Shown: piece after piece, positions 10,068 through 19,845 of the stretch
Layout of the letters: each line of letters starts with the position of its first letter
Numbering within the stretch: position 1 is the stretch's first letter
Source: Bacteroidota bacterium
GTDB taxonomy: Bacteria; Bacteroidota; Ignavibacteria; Kapaibacteriales; UBA2268
Direction of reading: 5' to 3'
Length of the DNA stretch: 59,163 bases
Assembly: GCA_021824625.1 (NCBI GenBank)
Contig: JAKAKE010000008.1
Location: 1 to 59,163, forward strand
The notes under the pieces: generated by a model
Told to the model about the DNA's origin: nothing
The model's database searches: none
Seen by the model: only the letters and a program-made list of their open reading frames with translations
Translations under genes and position numbers: made by a program

Positions 10068-12437
10068 CTATAATATATCAATAAAAGTTACTCCCGCTCC
10101 TCCCTCAACTAATGTCCCTTCCCGAAAACTAAGGTTTGATGGATGATTTGCAAGAAATTCATGTATTGCCTGTCTTAAAGCACCTGTGCCTTTTCCGTGA
10201 ATGATTTGTATCGTGCTGATGTTTGACATTATGGCATTTGATATAAATTCATCTAATTTGCGTAAAGCCTCTGCGGCTCTTTCACCTCTTAAATCAATTG
10301 ATGAGCTGATGTCAAATCTTATATGCTCTGAAATTGTCGTTGACTTGGTTTGCTTTGGTGCTTTGACAGGTATTAGGTTTTTTAAAGGCATTTTGAATTT
10401 CACACCATTGAAATCGCATTGTGCTGTCTGGTTTTCTGTGTATATTTCAAGAATAAAACCTGTAACATTTGAATCGGAAGACACAACATGCTCACCAACA
10501 TGAAATTCATGTTTTCCTTCATCTACTTCGTATAATTTCTCAGATTCCTGAATTTTCTTCTCTATTGATTTCTTAGACTTTGCAAATGCCTGTTTTATTT
10601 CTGTTACCTGTTTCTTTTCTTCACGTATTTCCTTTATTGTATTTTCAATAAGGGCATTTGCAGAGTCAATTATTTGATAAGCCTCTTTATGGGCATTATC
10701 AATAAGTGATTGCCTTTTTTGCTTAATATCTTTCAGTTTCTCTTCGTAGTTAATTCTTATCTTTTCCGATTGTATTTTCTCGCTCTCAGCCATCATTCTT
10801 AGCTCTTCGGCTTCTGACTTGAATTTCTGCAAAATAGTTATACTTTGTTCAAGTTCTGACTGCTTTGTACCAAGGTATTTTTTTCCCCTGTTCAATACCA
10901 ACTCGGGAAGTCCCAAATTTTCTGCTAATTGGAATGCATAACTATTACCGGGGACACCCTGTAAAAATTTATAAGTTGGTTTTAATTGTTTCTCGTCAAA
11001 TTCAAGTGAATCGTTTTCGATTTCAGAACGTGTCAATGCATAGCTTTTTAATGATGATTGATGTGTGGTTGCAACGAAATATGAATTAACTTCAAGCAAA
11101 CTGTCTAATATACCGGATGCAAGAGCTGTTCCTTCCTGAGGGTCTGTGCCTGAACCGATTTCATCAATCAGAACCAGGGCACTTTTTTCAGCATAAGAAA
11201 GTATCTTTTTTAGTTGAAGTATCTGTGAACTGAATGTACTTAGGTCATTTTGAATAGATTGATGGTCGCCAATCGCAGAAAAAATTCTTCTGAAATTCGT
11301 TTTACAATATCCCATAGGATAGATTCCGCTTAGAGCCATTGCTATGTTTAATCCGATACTTTTCAGTGCAACAGTTTTACCACCTGCATTTGGGCCTGAA
11401 ATCAGATGTCCCATTCTTGACGAATCAAAATCAATTGATAAGGGAATAACTTTGCTTGTTCCTTTTGATTGAACCAAAATCGGATGCCTTATATTACTTA
11501 GGAATATCTCACTTTCTTCTGTGATAATCGGTTTCATTCCTCCGAATTTAATTGAGTATTTGGCTCTGGCATTGATCGAATCAATGTGAGCAATAATATC
11601 AACTGATGATAAAAATTGTTTGGCATCATCTCCGATTTCTGCAGTTAGATTAGTAAGTATTTTATGTATTTCTCTTTTTTCTTCATTCATTAAAAGGGCA
11701 AGTTCGTTGTTCATCTCGATAACTTCAGCAGGTTCGATAAATACAGTTGAACCCGTTTGAGACATCCCATGAATGATGCCGGTCAGGTGACGTTTGTGTT
11801 CTACCTTAACAGGGAGGACGAATCTTCCTTCCCTTAATGATACGAAGTCATCCTGGAGTAATTCTTCATCACTTACTTTCTTCAAAATAGCCTGTAATCT
11901 ATGCCTAAGCATTTCGGATTTACGCCGAATTTCTTTCCTGATTCTGGCGAGTTCCTTTGTGGCATTATCTTTCACCTCGCCGGTTTCACTTATAGTATCA
12001 TCTATATGTTTTTCAAGCAGCCTGTTCTCATGCAATAACTCTGTTTCTTGATTAGCTTGAGGGTATTTTTCTTTTCTATGAATAAAGAAACTTTTAATTA
12101 ATCTTGATGTTGTAATGGTGGACAGAACATCAAGAATTTCCTCCGGTAATAGAATAGCATTTTGAACGAGAGATTTATAAAGCCTTTGCCTGATGTCCTT
12201 GAAACCCTCGAATGGCAGTTTTTCATCAGCCATCTGAAGACTAATTAGTTCTTCAATTAAATCATGCTCTTTTCTCAGCCAAAATGTTTCCTCGGAAGGT
12301 TTAAGCTTCCGAATAACTTCTTGTGCCGGCTCGGAAAAACAGAATTTTGAAATTGAATCGAGTATAAGAGGAAATTCAAGCTGATTTAAAGTATTGTCAA
12401 TTATATTTTGTTCTTCTTCAAATAAATTTTCGGTCAT
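10068..12437 (-). CDS. mutS2: Endonuclease MutS2
   Basis: SGPNAGGKT, LSTFSS and DEIGSGTDPQEG motifs; C-terminal Smr domain (IDLRG...IIHGKGTGALR). Confidence 0.96.
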   Translation of the reverse strand: MTENLFEEEQNIIDNTLNQLEFPLILDSISKFCFSEPAQEVIRKLKPSEETFWLRKEHDLIEELISLQMADEKLPFEGFKDIRQRLYKSLVQNAILLPEEILDVLSTITTSRLIKSFFIHRKEKYPQANQETELLHENRLLEKHIDDTISETGEVKDNATKELARIRKEIRRKSEMLRHRLQAILKKVSDEELLQDDFVSLREGRFVLPVKVEHKRHLTGIIHGMSQTGSTVFIEPAEVIEMNNELALLMNEEKREIHKILTNLTAEIGDDAKQFLSSVDIIAHIDSINARAKYSIKFGGMKPIITEESEIFLSNIRHPILVQSKGTSKVIPLSIDFDSSRMGHLISGPNAGGKTVALKSIGLNIAMALSGIYPMGYCKTNFRRIFSAIGDHQSIQNDLSTFSSQILQLKKILSYAEKSALVLIDEIGSGTDPQEGTALASGILDSLLEVNSYFVATTHQSSLKSYALTRSEIENDSLEFDEKQLKPTYKFLQGVPGNSYAFQLAENLGLPELVLNRGKKYLGTKQSELEQSITILQKFKSEAEELRMMAESEKIQSEKIRINYEEKLKDIKQKRQSLIDNAHKEAYQIIDSANALIENTIKEIREEKKQVTEIKQAFAKSKKSIEKKIQESEKLYEVDEGKHEFHVGEHVVSSDSNVTGFILEIYTENQTAQCDFNGVKFKMPLKNLIPVKAPKQTKSTTISEHIRFDISSSIDLRGERAAEALRKLDEFISNAIMSNISTIQIIHGKGTGALRQAIHEFLANHPSNLSFREGTLVEGGAGVTFIDIL

Positions 12438-12462
12438 AATATCTAATAAATAGAAAATTGAT

Positions 12463-13683
12463 TTAGACTTTTTCTTTCAATAATTTTTCTGATTTAATTT
12501 TATTTATTTCCTTTTGAATTTCTGTTTTTAATTCTTTTTCTGTCGGTAAATATAACATGTATTTGGAAGCAAATAATTGTTTACTGCCTTTCAGCACAGA
12601 GTATTTGACAATTGTTTCACTTTTTTCACTACATAAAATTAAACCGATTGTCGGGTTATCGTCTTTACCTTTTTTTAAATCTTCATACATCCTTACATAC
12701 ATGTCCATTTGTCCTATATCCTGGTGAGTTAACTTGCCGATTTTTAAATCTATCAACACAAAACATTTTAATAAATAATTATAAAATACAAGGTCAATAT
12801 AAAAATTATCATGTTCTGTAGTAATTCTTTGTTGACGCTCAACAAAAGCAAAACCTCTTCCAAGTTCTAATATAAATTCCTGAAGTTTGTCAATCAATGC
12901 TGTTTCAAAATCTTTTTCAAGATATTCAGATTTTGCTTTAAGATTCAAAAACTCGAGTATATAAGGATTTTTTATGAAATCATCGTTTTGTAATGTACTA
13001 CCTGTTTTCTTTACTTCTTTTTTTACTTTCTGTTTCTTTTGGCTTGCAAGTAATCTTTCAAAGTAAAAGGTTTGGATTTGGCGTTCTAACTGTCGAGTTG
13101 ACCAGCTATTTTCAATTGATTCTTTAACATAAAAATCTCTTGCCTTCTTACTTTCAACCCTCATCAATAAACGGTAATGTGTCCATGTCAATTCATTGCG
13201 TAAATCATTATTGATAACGAAACCAGATTGGCTGTTCAACACATAGCTATTTGTGTTTCTCTCGGATTGGTCACGCATCGCGTGACTTTTTGTTCTTTTT
13301 TTAGATTGTGAACGCACTGCGTTCACTTTTCCATTGAGCAACAACATAGATTGTGAACGCAGTGCGTTCACAATTGGGAAAGTTAAATAAAATTGTTTCA
13401 TATAGAAAAGGTTCCTACTATCAAATCCTTTCCCATACTCATTTGTAAGTTTTACTGATAATTCATTGATTATAAAGTCTCCATAATCTGCCTTGGTTTT
13501 CCCTTTTTGTTCTTCTTCAACTATTTTTCTTCCAATATTCCAATAAGCCTGAACCATAGCGAAATTAACAGCGTTGTATGAGTAGTTACGGGCTGTTTCG
13601 ATTATATATTTAATATTTTTATATAATCCCGAATCTATTATCTTATTATTTGGTCTTGATACAGATTTATTTTTACTTTTCAT
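12463..13683 (-). CDS. YhcG/DUF1016 family PD-(D/E)XK nuclease with an internal repeat insertion
   Basis: YWNIGRKIVEEEQ, LTWTHY, WSTRQLERQI, LELGRGFAFV, IDLVFYN and DIGQMDMYV motifs. Confidence 0.92.
   Translation of the reverse strand: MKSKNKSVSRPNNKIIDSGLYKNIKYIIETARNYSYNAVNFAMVQAYWNIGRKIVEEEQKGKTKADYGDFIINELSVKLTNEYGKGFDSRNLFYMKQFYLTFPIVNALRSQSMLLLNGKVNAVRSQSKKRTKSHAMRDQSERNTNSYVLNSQSGFVINNDLRNELTWTHYRLLMRVESKKARDFYVKESIENSWSTRQLERQIQTFYFERLLASQKKQKVKKEVKKTGSTLQNDDFIKNPYILEFLNLKAKSEYLEKDFETALIDKLQEFILELGRGFAFVERQQRITTEHDNFYIDLVFYNYLLKCFVLIDLKIGKLTHQDIGQMDMYVRMYEDLKKGKDDNPTIGLILCSEKSETIVKYSVLKGSKQLFASKYMLYLPTEKELKTEIQKEINKIKSEKLLKEKV
13226..13375. repeat. Array of four palindromic units inside the yhcG-like CDS
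   Basis: Units of GATT-[19-nt palindromic core]-(T/A)-rich start at 13226, 13265, 13304 and 13349 (periods 39, 39, 45). Confidence 0.85.
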
Positions 13684-13701
13684 ATTATGAATTAATCAAT
13701 T

Positions 13702-14160
13702 CTATGATTCATTAGATGATAACATTTCACGAACAAACTGTTGAACCTTACCTCCATCTGCCTTGCCCTTTAGTTCCTTCATAACCGGACCCATCACCTT
13801 GCCAAGGTCTTTAATATCTGATGCACCAACTTCTTCTTTTATTTTCTTTATTATGTTTTTTACCTCATCATCACTCAATTGTTGAGGAAGAAATTCCTCG
13901 ATTATTTTCAATTCTTGTTTCTCTTTATCAGCAAGGTCACTCCTATTTCCTTGTTCATATAATACAATTGCATCTTTTCTTTTCTTTGCATTTGAATTTA
14001 ATATTTTCAAACCGTCTTCTTCGTTCAATTCTCTTCCGGCACCGCTTTTATTGAACTCGATTATTGCGGCTCGTATCGAACGAAGTGTTTCCATCCTGAT
14101 TTTATCACCAGATTTGATTGAGTTTTTCAACTCCTCATTTATTTTTTCTTCAAGGTTCAT
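13702..14160 (-). CDS. yqeY: GatB/YqeY domain protein
   Basis: KKRKDAI, E..IIEEFLPQQLS and GKVMG...KGKADG motifs; ATG at 14160 has a GGAG SD. Confidence 0.93.
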   Translation of the reverse strand: MNLEEKINEELKNSIKSGDKIRMETLRSIRAAIIEFNKSGAGRELNEEDGLKILNSNAKKRKDAIVLYEQGNRSDLADKEKQELKIIEEFLPQQLSDDEVKNIIKKIKEEVGASDIKDLGKVMGPVMKELKGKADGGKVQQFVREMLSSNES

Positions 14161-14276
14161 AATAACTCCCAAAAAAGTTAAGATTTAATTTTTATAACGA
14201 TTTATATTATCAATTCATGTTGATTTTAATACTCTTAATTTTATTTATTAGAACTGAAATTCAATAACCTGTCTTT

Positions 14277-15389
14277 TCAATTTATTTTATTTATTAAATA
14301 CTCTGTTTTATATTCATCCAATAATGTATCAATAAGTTCTTTTACGCTGATGATTTTATCAATTCTATATGCATTTGCCCCCGCAAAAGAGAATCCTTCA
14401 TCATGAATTCCCTTTTTAGCATTTATAAGTGCGAGGGCAATACAGTAAGGTGCAACTTTGAATTCACAGGTTTTCAGGCATTTCCAGGGGCATGTAAACG
14501 GTTTCCTGTAACCGTCTGTTACGTCTTCCAGAAATTGATTTTTTATTGCTCTACCGGGCAATCCAACAGGACTTTCGATTATGACAATATCCTCTTTTTT
14601 TGATTTTACATAGGTCTCTTTAAATTTAATAGAAGCATCACACTCATGAGTTGCAACAAATCTTGATGCCATTTGCACACCATTAGCTCCCAACTTTAAA
14701 AATTTATGAATATCAGCTCCGGTGAAAATTCCTCCGGCTGCAATTACTGAAATATGTTTATTAAATTGTTTCTCGAATGGTTTTAAAACAGAAATTACTT
14801 CACCCAGTAATTTTTCCAGTGTAAAGTCAGGATTCTTAATTTGTTCTATTTTAAAACCAAGATGGCCGCCCGCCAGTGGCCCTTCCACAACAATTGCATC
14901 AGGCACAAAATTATGCTCATTCACCCAATGTTGGAATAAAATCTTTGTTGCTCTTGCTGAAGATACTATTGGGACAATCTTGTTCGAATATTCCTTAAAT
15001 TTATTCGGAAGGAACTTTTTTAGAATTCTAAGTGGAAGCCCTGCTCCTACAAAAATTAAATCCACTCCTTCTTCTAATGCAATTAATGTAAGTTCATCAA
15101 AGTCTGTAAGAGCTAACATAATATTTGCTCCAATTATTCCATCAGACTTTTCCCTTGCTAATTTTATTTCTTTTCTCAGAGCCCTGTGGTTTGCTTTTTT
15201 TAAATTTTTGATATAATCGGGTTCCAACATTCCAATGCCCGCTGTACCAATAACGCCAATACCGCCTTCGTTTGCTACTGCGGATGCTAATCCAGACAAT
15301 GAGATTCCGACGCTCATTCCCCCCTGAATGATCGGAACTTTAACCTCTATTTCACCTATCTTTAAACTTGGTATATTTATATTATCCAT
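14277..15389 (-). CDS. Nitronate monooxygenase/FabK-like FMN oxidoreductase
   Basis: PIIQGGM, VVEGPLAGGHLG, IAAGGI and GVQMASRF motifs. Confidence 0.88.
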   Translation of the reverse strand: MDNINIPSLKIGEIEVKVPIIQGGMSVGISLSGLASAVANEGGIGVIGTAGIGMLEPDYIKNLKKANHRALRKEIKLAREKSDGIIGANIMLALTDFDELTLIALEEGVDLIFVGAGLPLRILKKFLPNKFKEYSNKIVPIVSSARATKILFQHWVNEHNFVPDAIVVEGPLAGGHLGFKIEQIKNPDFTLEKLLGEVISVLKPFEKQFNKHISVIAAGGIFTGADIHKFLKLGANGVQMASRFVATHECDASIKFKETYVKSKKEDIVIIESPVGLPGRAIKNQFLEDVTDGYRKPFTCPWKCLKTCEFKVAPYCIALALINAKKGIHDEGFSFAGANAYRIDKIISVKELIDTLLDEYKTEYLINKIN

Positions 15390-15646
15390 TAATTATCTAC
15401 TTTTAATAATTGTGTTACATCTCTTGATTTAAGCCGCATTTCAATTTAATTTAATTCTATTATAATACATTCGTGTACATTCGAAAGGAATATGCGAATA
15501 AATAAAATATTTTAAATGAAAAACCAAAAAATCAAATTTACCAAAAGAATTTGTTTAATCGAATAGTCATTCTTAAATTACAGTTAAAATATTTTCATCA
15601 AATATAATTTAAATTGTTTTTTCAAAATTGAAGAATGATTAAAAGT

Positions 15647-15682
15647 TTCCACCTTTTTAGAAAGGTGATTTAAAGGGGATTT
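15647..15682. repeat. REP-like hairpin element, CCCCCTTT family, locus a
   Basis: CACCTTT-ttag-AAAGGTG followed by the tail ATTTAAAGGGGATTT, which abuts the yfhO start. Confidence 0.7.
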
Positions 15683-15684
15683 AA

Positions 15685-18033
15685 ATGGATAAAAGGGCAA
15701 AAAAGCAAACCAATAAAAAAGTAACACAACAGAAGCAGAAAGCAAAAATCACTATTGTTTCTCCTCCCCGTATTCAATTCTGGTTGATTTTACTATTCTT
15801 TATAGGTACTACATTGCTCTTTTTCTGGGACCAATTGACCTCTAAAGCATTTTTCTGGGAAGATATAACCGAACTTTGGTATCCATTTCAAACATTTGCA
15901 GCAAGGGAGTTTTCAAAAGGCGTACTTCCATTCTGGAATCCTTACATCTTTTCGGGGATGCCATTCCTTGCAGATATTGAGGTTGGATTTTTCTATCCTC
16001 TTAACAGATTATTATCATTATTTGTTGATTCTAATGGACATGTAGCCATTTGGTTCATCCAGATTGCAATTATACTGCATTTTCTTATTGCCCAGCTTGC
16101 AATGTACTCTTTATCCCGTTACTGGAAAATCAGCCATATCGGCTCGATTATAGCTTCAGTATCTTATGCTTTTTCATTAATTCTCGTTTGCCATGTGATT
16201 CACCCTATGATTCTTTTCCATTTCGCATGGTTCCCGTTTGTGCTGATGTTATTTATTAAAGGAATCGAACAGAGAAAAATCAAATATTCTATTTTATCGG
16301 CATGGTTCCTTGCTATTTCCATGCTTGCCGGCCACCCCCAGTCAACATTATACGAATCTATCATGCTGGGAATCGTTCTGTTATGGTATTATTTCTTTGC
16401 TGTGAAAAATAAAGAATTGAAAGGCAGAGCCAATATAAAATTTATTTTCTGTGGAGTTATTCCATTTATAATTTCAATCGGCATTTTTTCAATTCAGCTT
16501 TTACCATCACGTGAATTGGCATCACTTGCACAGAGGCAGAATATAACTTATGAAAAAGCAACTGAAGGTTCACTCGAAATGAAACAGATTTTCACTTCTG
16601 TCGTGCCTAATCTGTTTGGTTCGATTGACGGAAAAAGCTTCAAGGCAAGAAATTTCGATTATCATCTCGAAGATTCTGCTTATTATAACTATTGGGAAAC
16701 TGCTTATTACTTCGGAATTGCCGCATTAATACTTGGTTTCATAGGTTTACTATACAGATTTAAAACAAAAGAAGGGCTTCTGTTTTTAATTGTTATCGCT
16801 TTCAGTCTTCTATATTCATTTGGAAAGAATTTCTTTTTATTCGAACTTTTTTACAAGCTTCCTTTATTTGAATATTTCAGAATGCCTGCAAGAATGATGT
16901 TCTATTTAGTTCTTATTTTCTCTGTATCGGCAGGGTTCGGATTCGATGTCCTTTGGAGCAAGCCTAAAGATTCAATTACATTCAGAAAAATCATATTGTC
17001 GTCATCAATTCCATTGCTCATTGCAGTTCTGACTGCCATAGGGGTAATGCTGGGTATTCTCAACACACCCGAACAGTTCCAGGGTGCAGTGAAAAATGCA
17101 GGACTTGTGGCTCTCGCTTTTATTGTTGCTGTTTTTGTACTGTCTGCCCTAATCAATCAGCAAATATTGAAGCCGGGTGTTGGCGGAGGTTTATTAATAT
17201 TAATTGCTGTGCTTGATTTGTTTATAGCAGGTTCGCCATTCAACCGTGGACCTGACAATCCCGAAAAAGCTTACGCCATAAATGCAGAAACAAAAAAGTT
17301 ATTTGTTGCCAAGCCACCAAAGGATTTATTCAGAGTATCAATCAGGCTCTACAAGGAAGGTATTATCGCCATGACACGCAACCAGGGGATGATGGATAAT
17401 ATTATGACTACCGACGGCTATAATCCGCTTGTTTTGAAAAGGGGAGGTGCACCTGCACCAAGACTCAAAACCGTGCATGAGCTCAACAATGTCAGGTACG
17501 CTATACTCAAGGATTCTATTTCAAATGACTATCGGTTTTTCGAGTATGGTCCCTATTTCCCGCGTGCCTGGGCTGTTCATAAAGTAATTGTCATGAATCC
17601 TAACGAAGTGTTCGATGCTATGAAAACCCGTGAGTTCGATTATAAAAATGAAGTTATTTTAGAAGAAACAACACCTTTTACTTTATCAGGTGTCAAAACC
17701 GACAGCATACCTGAAAAAGTGCAATGTATAAAATATGATAACAACAAATTTGAATACCAGGTAAGTCTCAAACAACCATCAATTGTATTTTTCAGCGAAA
17801 TCTGGTATCCCGCATGGAAAGCTTATATTGACGGAAAACCAACAAAAATATATCGTGCTAATTATTGCTTCCGGGCAGTTGCAGTTCCTGCAGGTAATCA
17901 CAACATAGAAATGAAATACGAATCTGACACTTTCTTTGCAGGTATGTACATATCTGTAATAACAGTACTTCTAAGTATAATTACATTTATTATTTGCCTA
18001 ATTGCAGAAAGAAAGAAAGAGAAGGAGAGTTGA
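15685..18033 (+). CDS. YfhO-family polytopic membrane protein (GT-C-like glycosyltransferase)
   Basis: PFWNPYIFSGMPFLA, LAGHPQ and FRMPAR motifs; C-terminal SEIWYPAWKAYIDG...AVAVPAGNHNIEMKY. Confidence 0.85.
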   Translation: MDKRAKKQTNKKVTQQKQKAKITIVSPPRIQFWLILLFFIGTTLLFFWDQLTSKAFFWEDITELWYPFQTFAAREFSKGVLPFWNPYIFSGMPFLADIEVGFFYPLNRLLSLFVDSNGHVAIWFIQIAIILHFLIAQLAMYSLSRYWKISHIGSIIASVSYAFSLILVCHVIHPMILFHFAWFPFVLMLFIKGIEQRKIKYSILSAWFLAISMLAGHPQSTLYESIMLGIVLLWYYFFAVKNKELKGRANIKFIFCGVIPFIISIGIFSIQLLPSRELASLAQRQNITYEKATEGSLEMKQIFTSVVPNLFGSIDGKSFKARNFDYHLEDSAYYNYWETAYYFGIAALILGFIGLLYRFKTKEGLLFLIVIAFSLLYSFGKNFFLFELFYKLPLFEYFRMPARMMFYLVLIFSVSAGFGFDVLWSKPKDSITFRKIILSSSIPLLIAVLTAIGVMLGILNTPEQFQGAVKNAGLVALAFIVAVFVLSALINQQILKPGVGGGLLILIAVLDLFIAGSPFNRGPDNPEKAYAINAETKKLFVAKPPKDLFRVSIRLYKEGIIAMTRNQGMMDNIMTTDGYNPLVLKRGGAPAPRLKTVHELNNVRYAILKDSISNDYRFFEYGPYFPRAWAVHKVIVMNPNEVFDAMKTREFDYKNEVILEETTPFTLSGVKTDSIPEKVQCIKYDNNKFEYQVSLKQPSIVFFSEIWYPAWKAYIDGKPTKIYRANYCFRAVAVPAGNHNIEMKYESDTFFAGMYISVITVLLSIITFIICLIAERKKEKES

Positions 18034-18182
18034 TTTATTTTTCTCAGCAGTTTTTCAATATTCAACTTTGTGAAACACTAAGTTAAACTCTTTGAAGTTA
18101 TGTGGTAAGATTATCTTTATTTTCCATTATCAATTTTCATTTCTCAATTAATATAAATACACCTTTCATAATTCGTAATTGA

Positions 18183-18213
18183 TTTGATAAATACTTTGAA
18201 TACCTTATATTTG
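18183..18213 (+). promoter_or_regulatory. Bacteroidota-type promoter (-33 TTTG / -7 TATATTTG), probably giving a leaderless mRNA
   Basis: TTTG at 18183-18186, a 19-nt spacer, TATATTTG at 18206-18213, and ATG 4 nt later. Confidence 0.6.
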
Positions 18214-18217
18214 CATT

Positions 18218-18424
18218 ATGATTATTGATACATTTAAAATGGATAAATCGGCTTTTTCAGTCTGCTCATTCGAGGAGGCAGAAGAACAAGACAAAGCCTA
18301 TTGGTTAAGTAAAACACCGCTTGAAAGATTAGCAGCTCTTGAATATATGAGGCAAATGGTATATGGCTATGACCCTGATACCGCAAGAATTCAAAGAATT
18401 CTTACAGTTGTTGAACCAACATAA
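18218..18424 (+). CDS. Small conserved-looking protein, partner of the nucleotidyltransferase (antitoxin-like)
   Basis: 68 aa with YWLSKTPLERLAALEYMR; overlaps the downstream gene. Confidence 0.65.
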   Translation: MIIDTFKMDKSAFSVCSFEEAEEQDKAYWLSKTPLERLAALEYMRQMVYGYDPDTARIQRILTVVEPT

Positions 18425-18812
18425 TGTGGATTACATTCTCCTTGGAGGATTTGCCGTGTGCTATCATGGTTATCCAAGGACAACGAATGATATTGACATT
18501 TGGATTTCTTTTAAAAAGGAAAATATAGAGAAAGTCCGTCTTGTTTTGAAGGATTTCGGATTCGGTTTACCTGAAATTTATAAGGATGAATTTTGGGAAT
18601 ATGGAAAAATCATTAGAATGGGACAGCCGCCTTTACGAATTGAATTGATATCTGTAGCTTCCGGAATTGAATTTGATAACTGCTTTAGTCAGTGTGTACA
18701 GGAAGAGATTGATGGTATTCCAATTAATATTATATCAATTGAACATCTTAAAATCAATAAAAAAGCAAGCGGCAGAAAAAAAGATTTGAATGACCTGGAA
18801 AATCTACCCTAA
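18363..18812 (+). CDS. Small nucleotidyltransferase-fold protein (DUF6036-like), putative TA component
   Basis: LGGFAVCYHGYPRTTNDIDIW and KKASGRKKDLNDL motifs. Confidence 0.8.
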   Translation: MAMTLIPQEFKEFLQLLNQHNVDYILLGGFAVCYHGYPRTTNDIDIWISFKKENIEKVRLVLKDFGFGLPEIYKDEFWEYGKIIRMGQPPLRIELISVASGIEFDNCFSQCVQEEIDGIPINIISIEHLKINKKASGRKKDLNDLENLP

Positions 18813-18868
18813 ATATTTCCATAATTTCTCAATTAATATTAATGCACTTTTCATAATTCGTAATTGAT

Positions 18869-19753
18869 TCAATCATTATCTTTAGATTTAACTTCAAACT
18901 GTACAAGAATAGGGCAGTGGTCTGAAATTTTTTCAATTTCTGATTCAGACATTGAACTGTAAAAATCATAAAGCCTGAGACTTCCGGGAATAAATCTTTT
19001 TACTGCATTTTCCGATGCAATAATGTGGTCAATTCCATTCAGTATGGGAAATTTACAGCTTTTCAAATCCTGTGTTAGAAAGCTGAGATGAGTATTTTCT
19101 GCTATTGAAGATAGTGTCGGATTAGTTACCCTATTGGGATAGTCATTAAAATCACCAAGAATAATAATATCTTTTTCTGATTTGCGTGAAAGTACTGAAT
19201 CAGCCCAGTATGAAATGATATCAGCTTGTTGTTTTCTTAATTCCCTACTGTATTGTTCCAATTCGGCAGTAGAATCATACCGGGATGTAGATTTAAGATG
19301 CACGATAAGCATTATAAAATCGAAATTTCCTTTACGAACCTTGGCAATAAGTCCGGGTCTTGTTTTGTTAGGTTCGACAATCAGGGAAGTATATTCACCT
19401 TGATAAGTAATAACAATTCCTTTTTTATAAATTATGCAGGGATTCTGGTTTCCTCCATTAGTACCAATGTAAAAATCATAGCCGGGTAAATAATTTAATA
19501 ATTTATTTATTGCCGCACCATTCTCAATTTCCTGCAAACCCATTATATCAGGATTTAATTGCGATATAATACCTGAAATTCTTTGATAATCCGCTTCTGT
19601 TCTTGGTTTGGTATCATCAATACCATCACCTAACCAGGCGATGTTGAATGTTGCGATAGTTATGGTATGGGGATTATTTGATGCTTTTCCTGCCTGTTCG
19701 CATGCAGAAATGAACAGAATAAGAATGAGCAATATGTTGATTATGTATTTCAA
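18869..19753 (-). CDS. Endonuclease/exonuclease/phosphatase family lipoprotein
   Basis: ISAC lipobox; IATFNI, GLQEIE, HLKS, ILGDFND, IDHI and SDHCP motifs. Confidence 0.9.
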   Translation of the reverse strand: MKYIINILLILILFISACEQAGKASNNPHTITIATFNIAWLGDGIDDTKPRTEADYQRISGIISQLNPDIMGLQEIENGAAINKLLNYLPGYDFYIGTNGGNQNPCIIYKKGIVITYQGEYTSLIVEPNKTRPGLIAKVRKGNFDFIMLIVHLKSTSRYDSTAELEQYSRELRKQQADIISYWADSVLSRKSEKDIIILGDFNDYPNRVTNPTLSSIAENTHLSFLTQDLKSCKFPILNGIDHIIASENAVKRFIPGSLRLYDFYSSMSESEIEKISDHCPILVQFEVKSKDND

Positions 19754-19845
19754 TCCGATAAAATAATATTTTTTTAAAACTCAGATTATCTTTATTTGTT
19801 TTTTTAACTCAACACTTAACACTCAAAACTTAAAACTTTCAAGAA

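Larger units (their letters stand above)
18139..18869. mobile_element. Direct-repeat-bounded two-gene mini-cassette, 685-bp unit
   Basis: 46-bp direct repeats at 18139-18184 and 18824-18869 (43/46 identical) enclose a promoter and a two-gene TA-like pair. Confidence 0.65.

Noticed and set aside
13226-13375. CRISPR array call for the palindromic units in yhcG
   Set aside because: The repeats are not identical, the spacers are only about 12-18 nt, the array is in-frame in a CDS, and no cas genes are present. It is kept as a different kind of finding.
12438-13704. Terminal repeats defining yhcG as a mobile cassette
   Set aside because: Only a gapped 10-12 nt AT-rich inverted match was found, which is not significant.
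15466-15500. Possible structured RNA or riboswitch between the NMO gene and yfhO (TACATTCG x2, G-U-rich stem)
   Set aside because: The stem is weak and bulged, with no recognisable riboswitch consensus.
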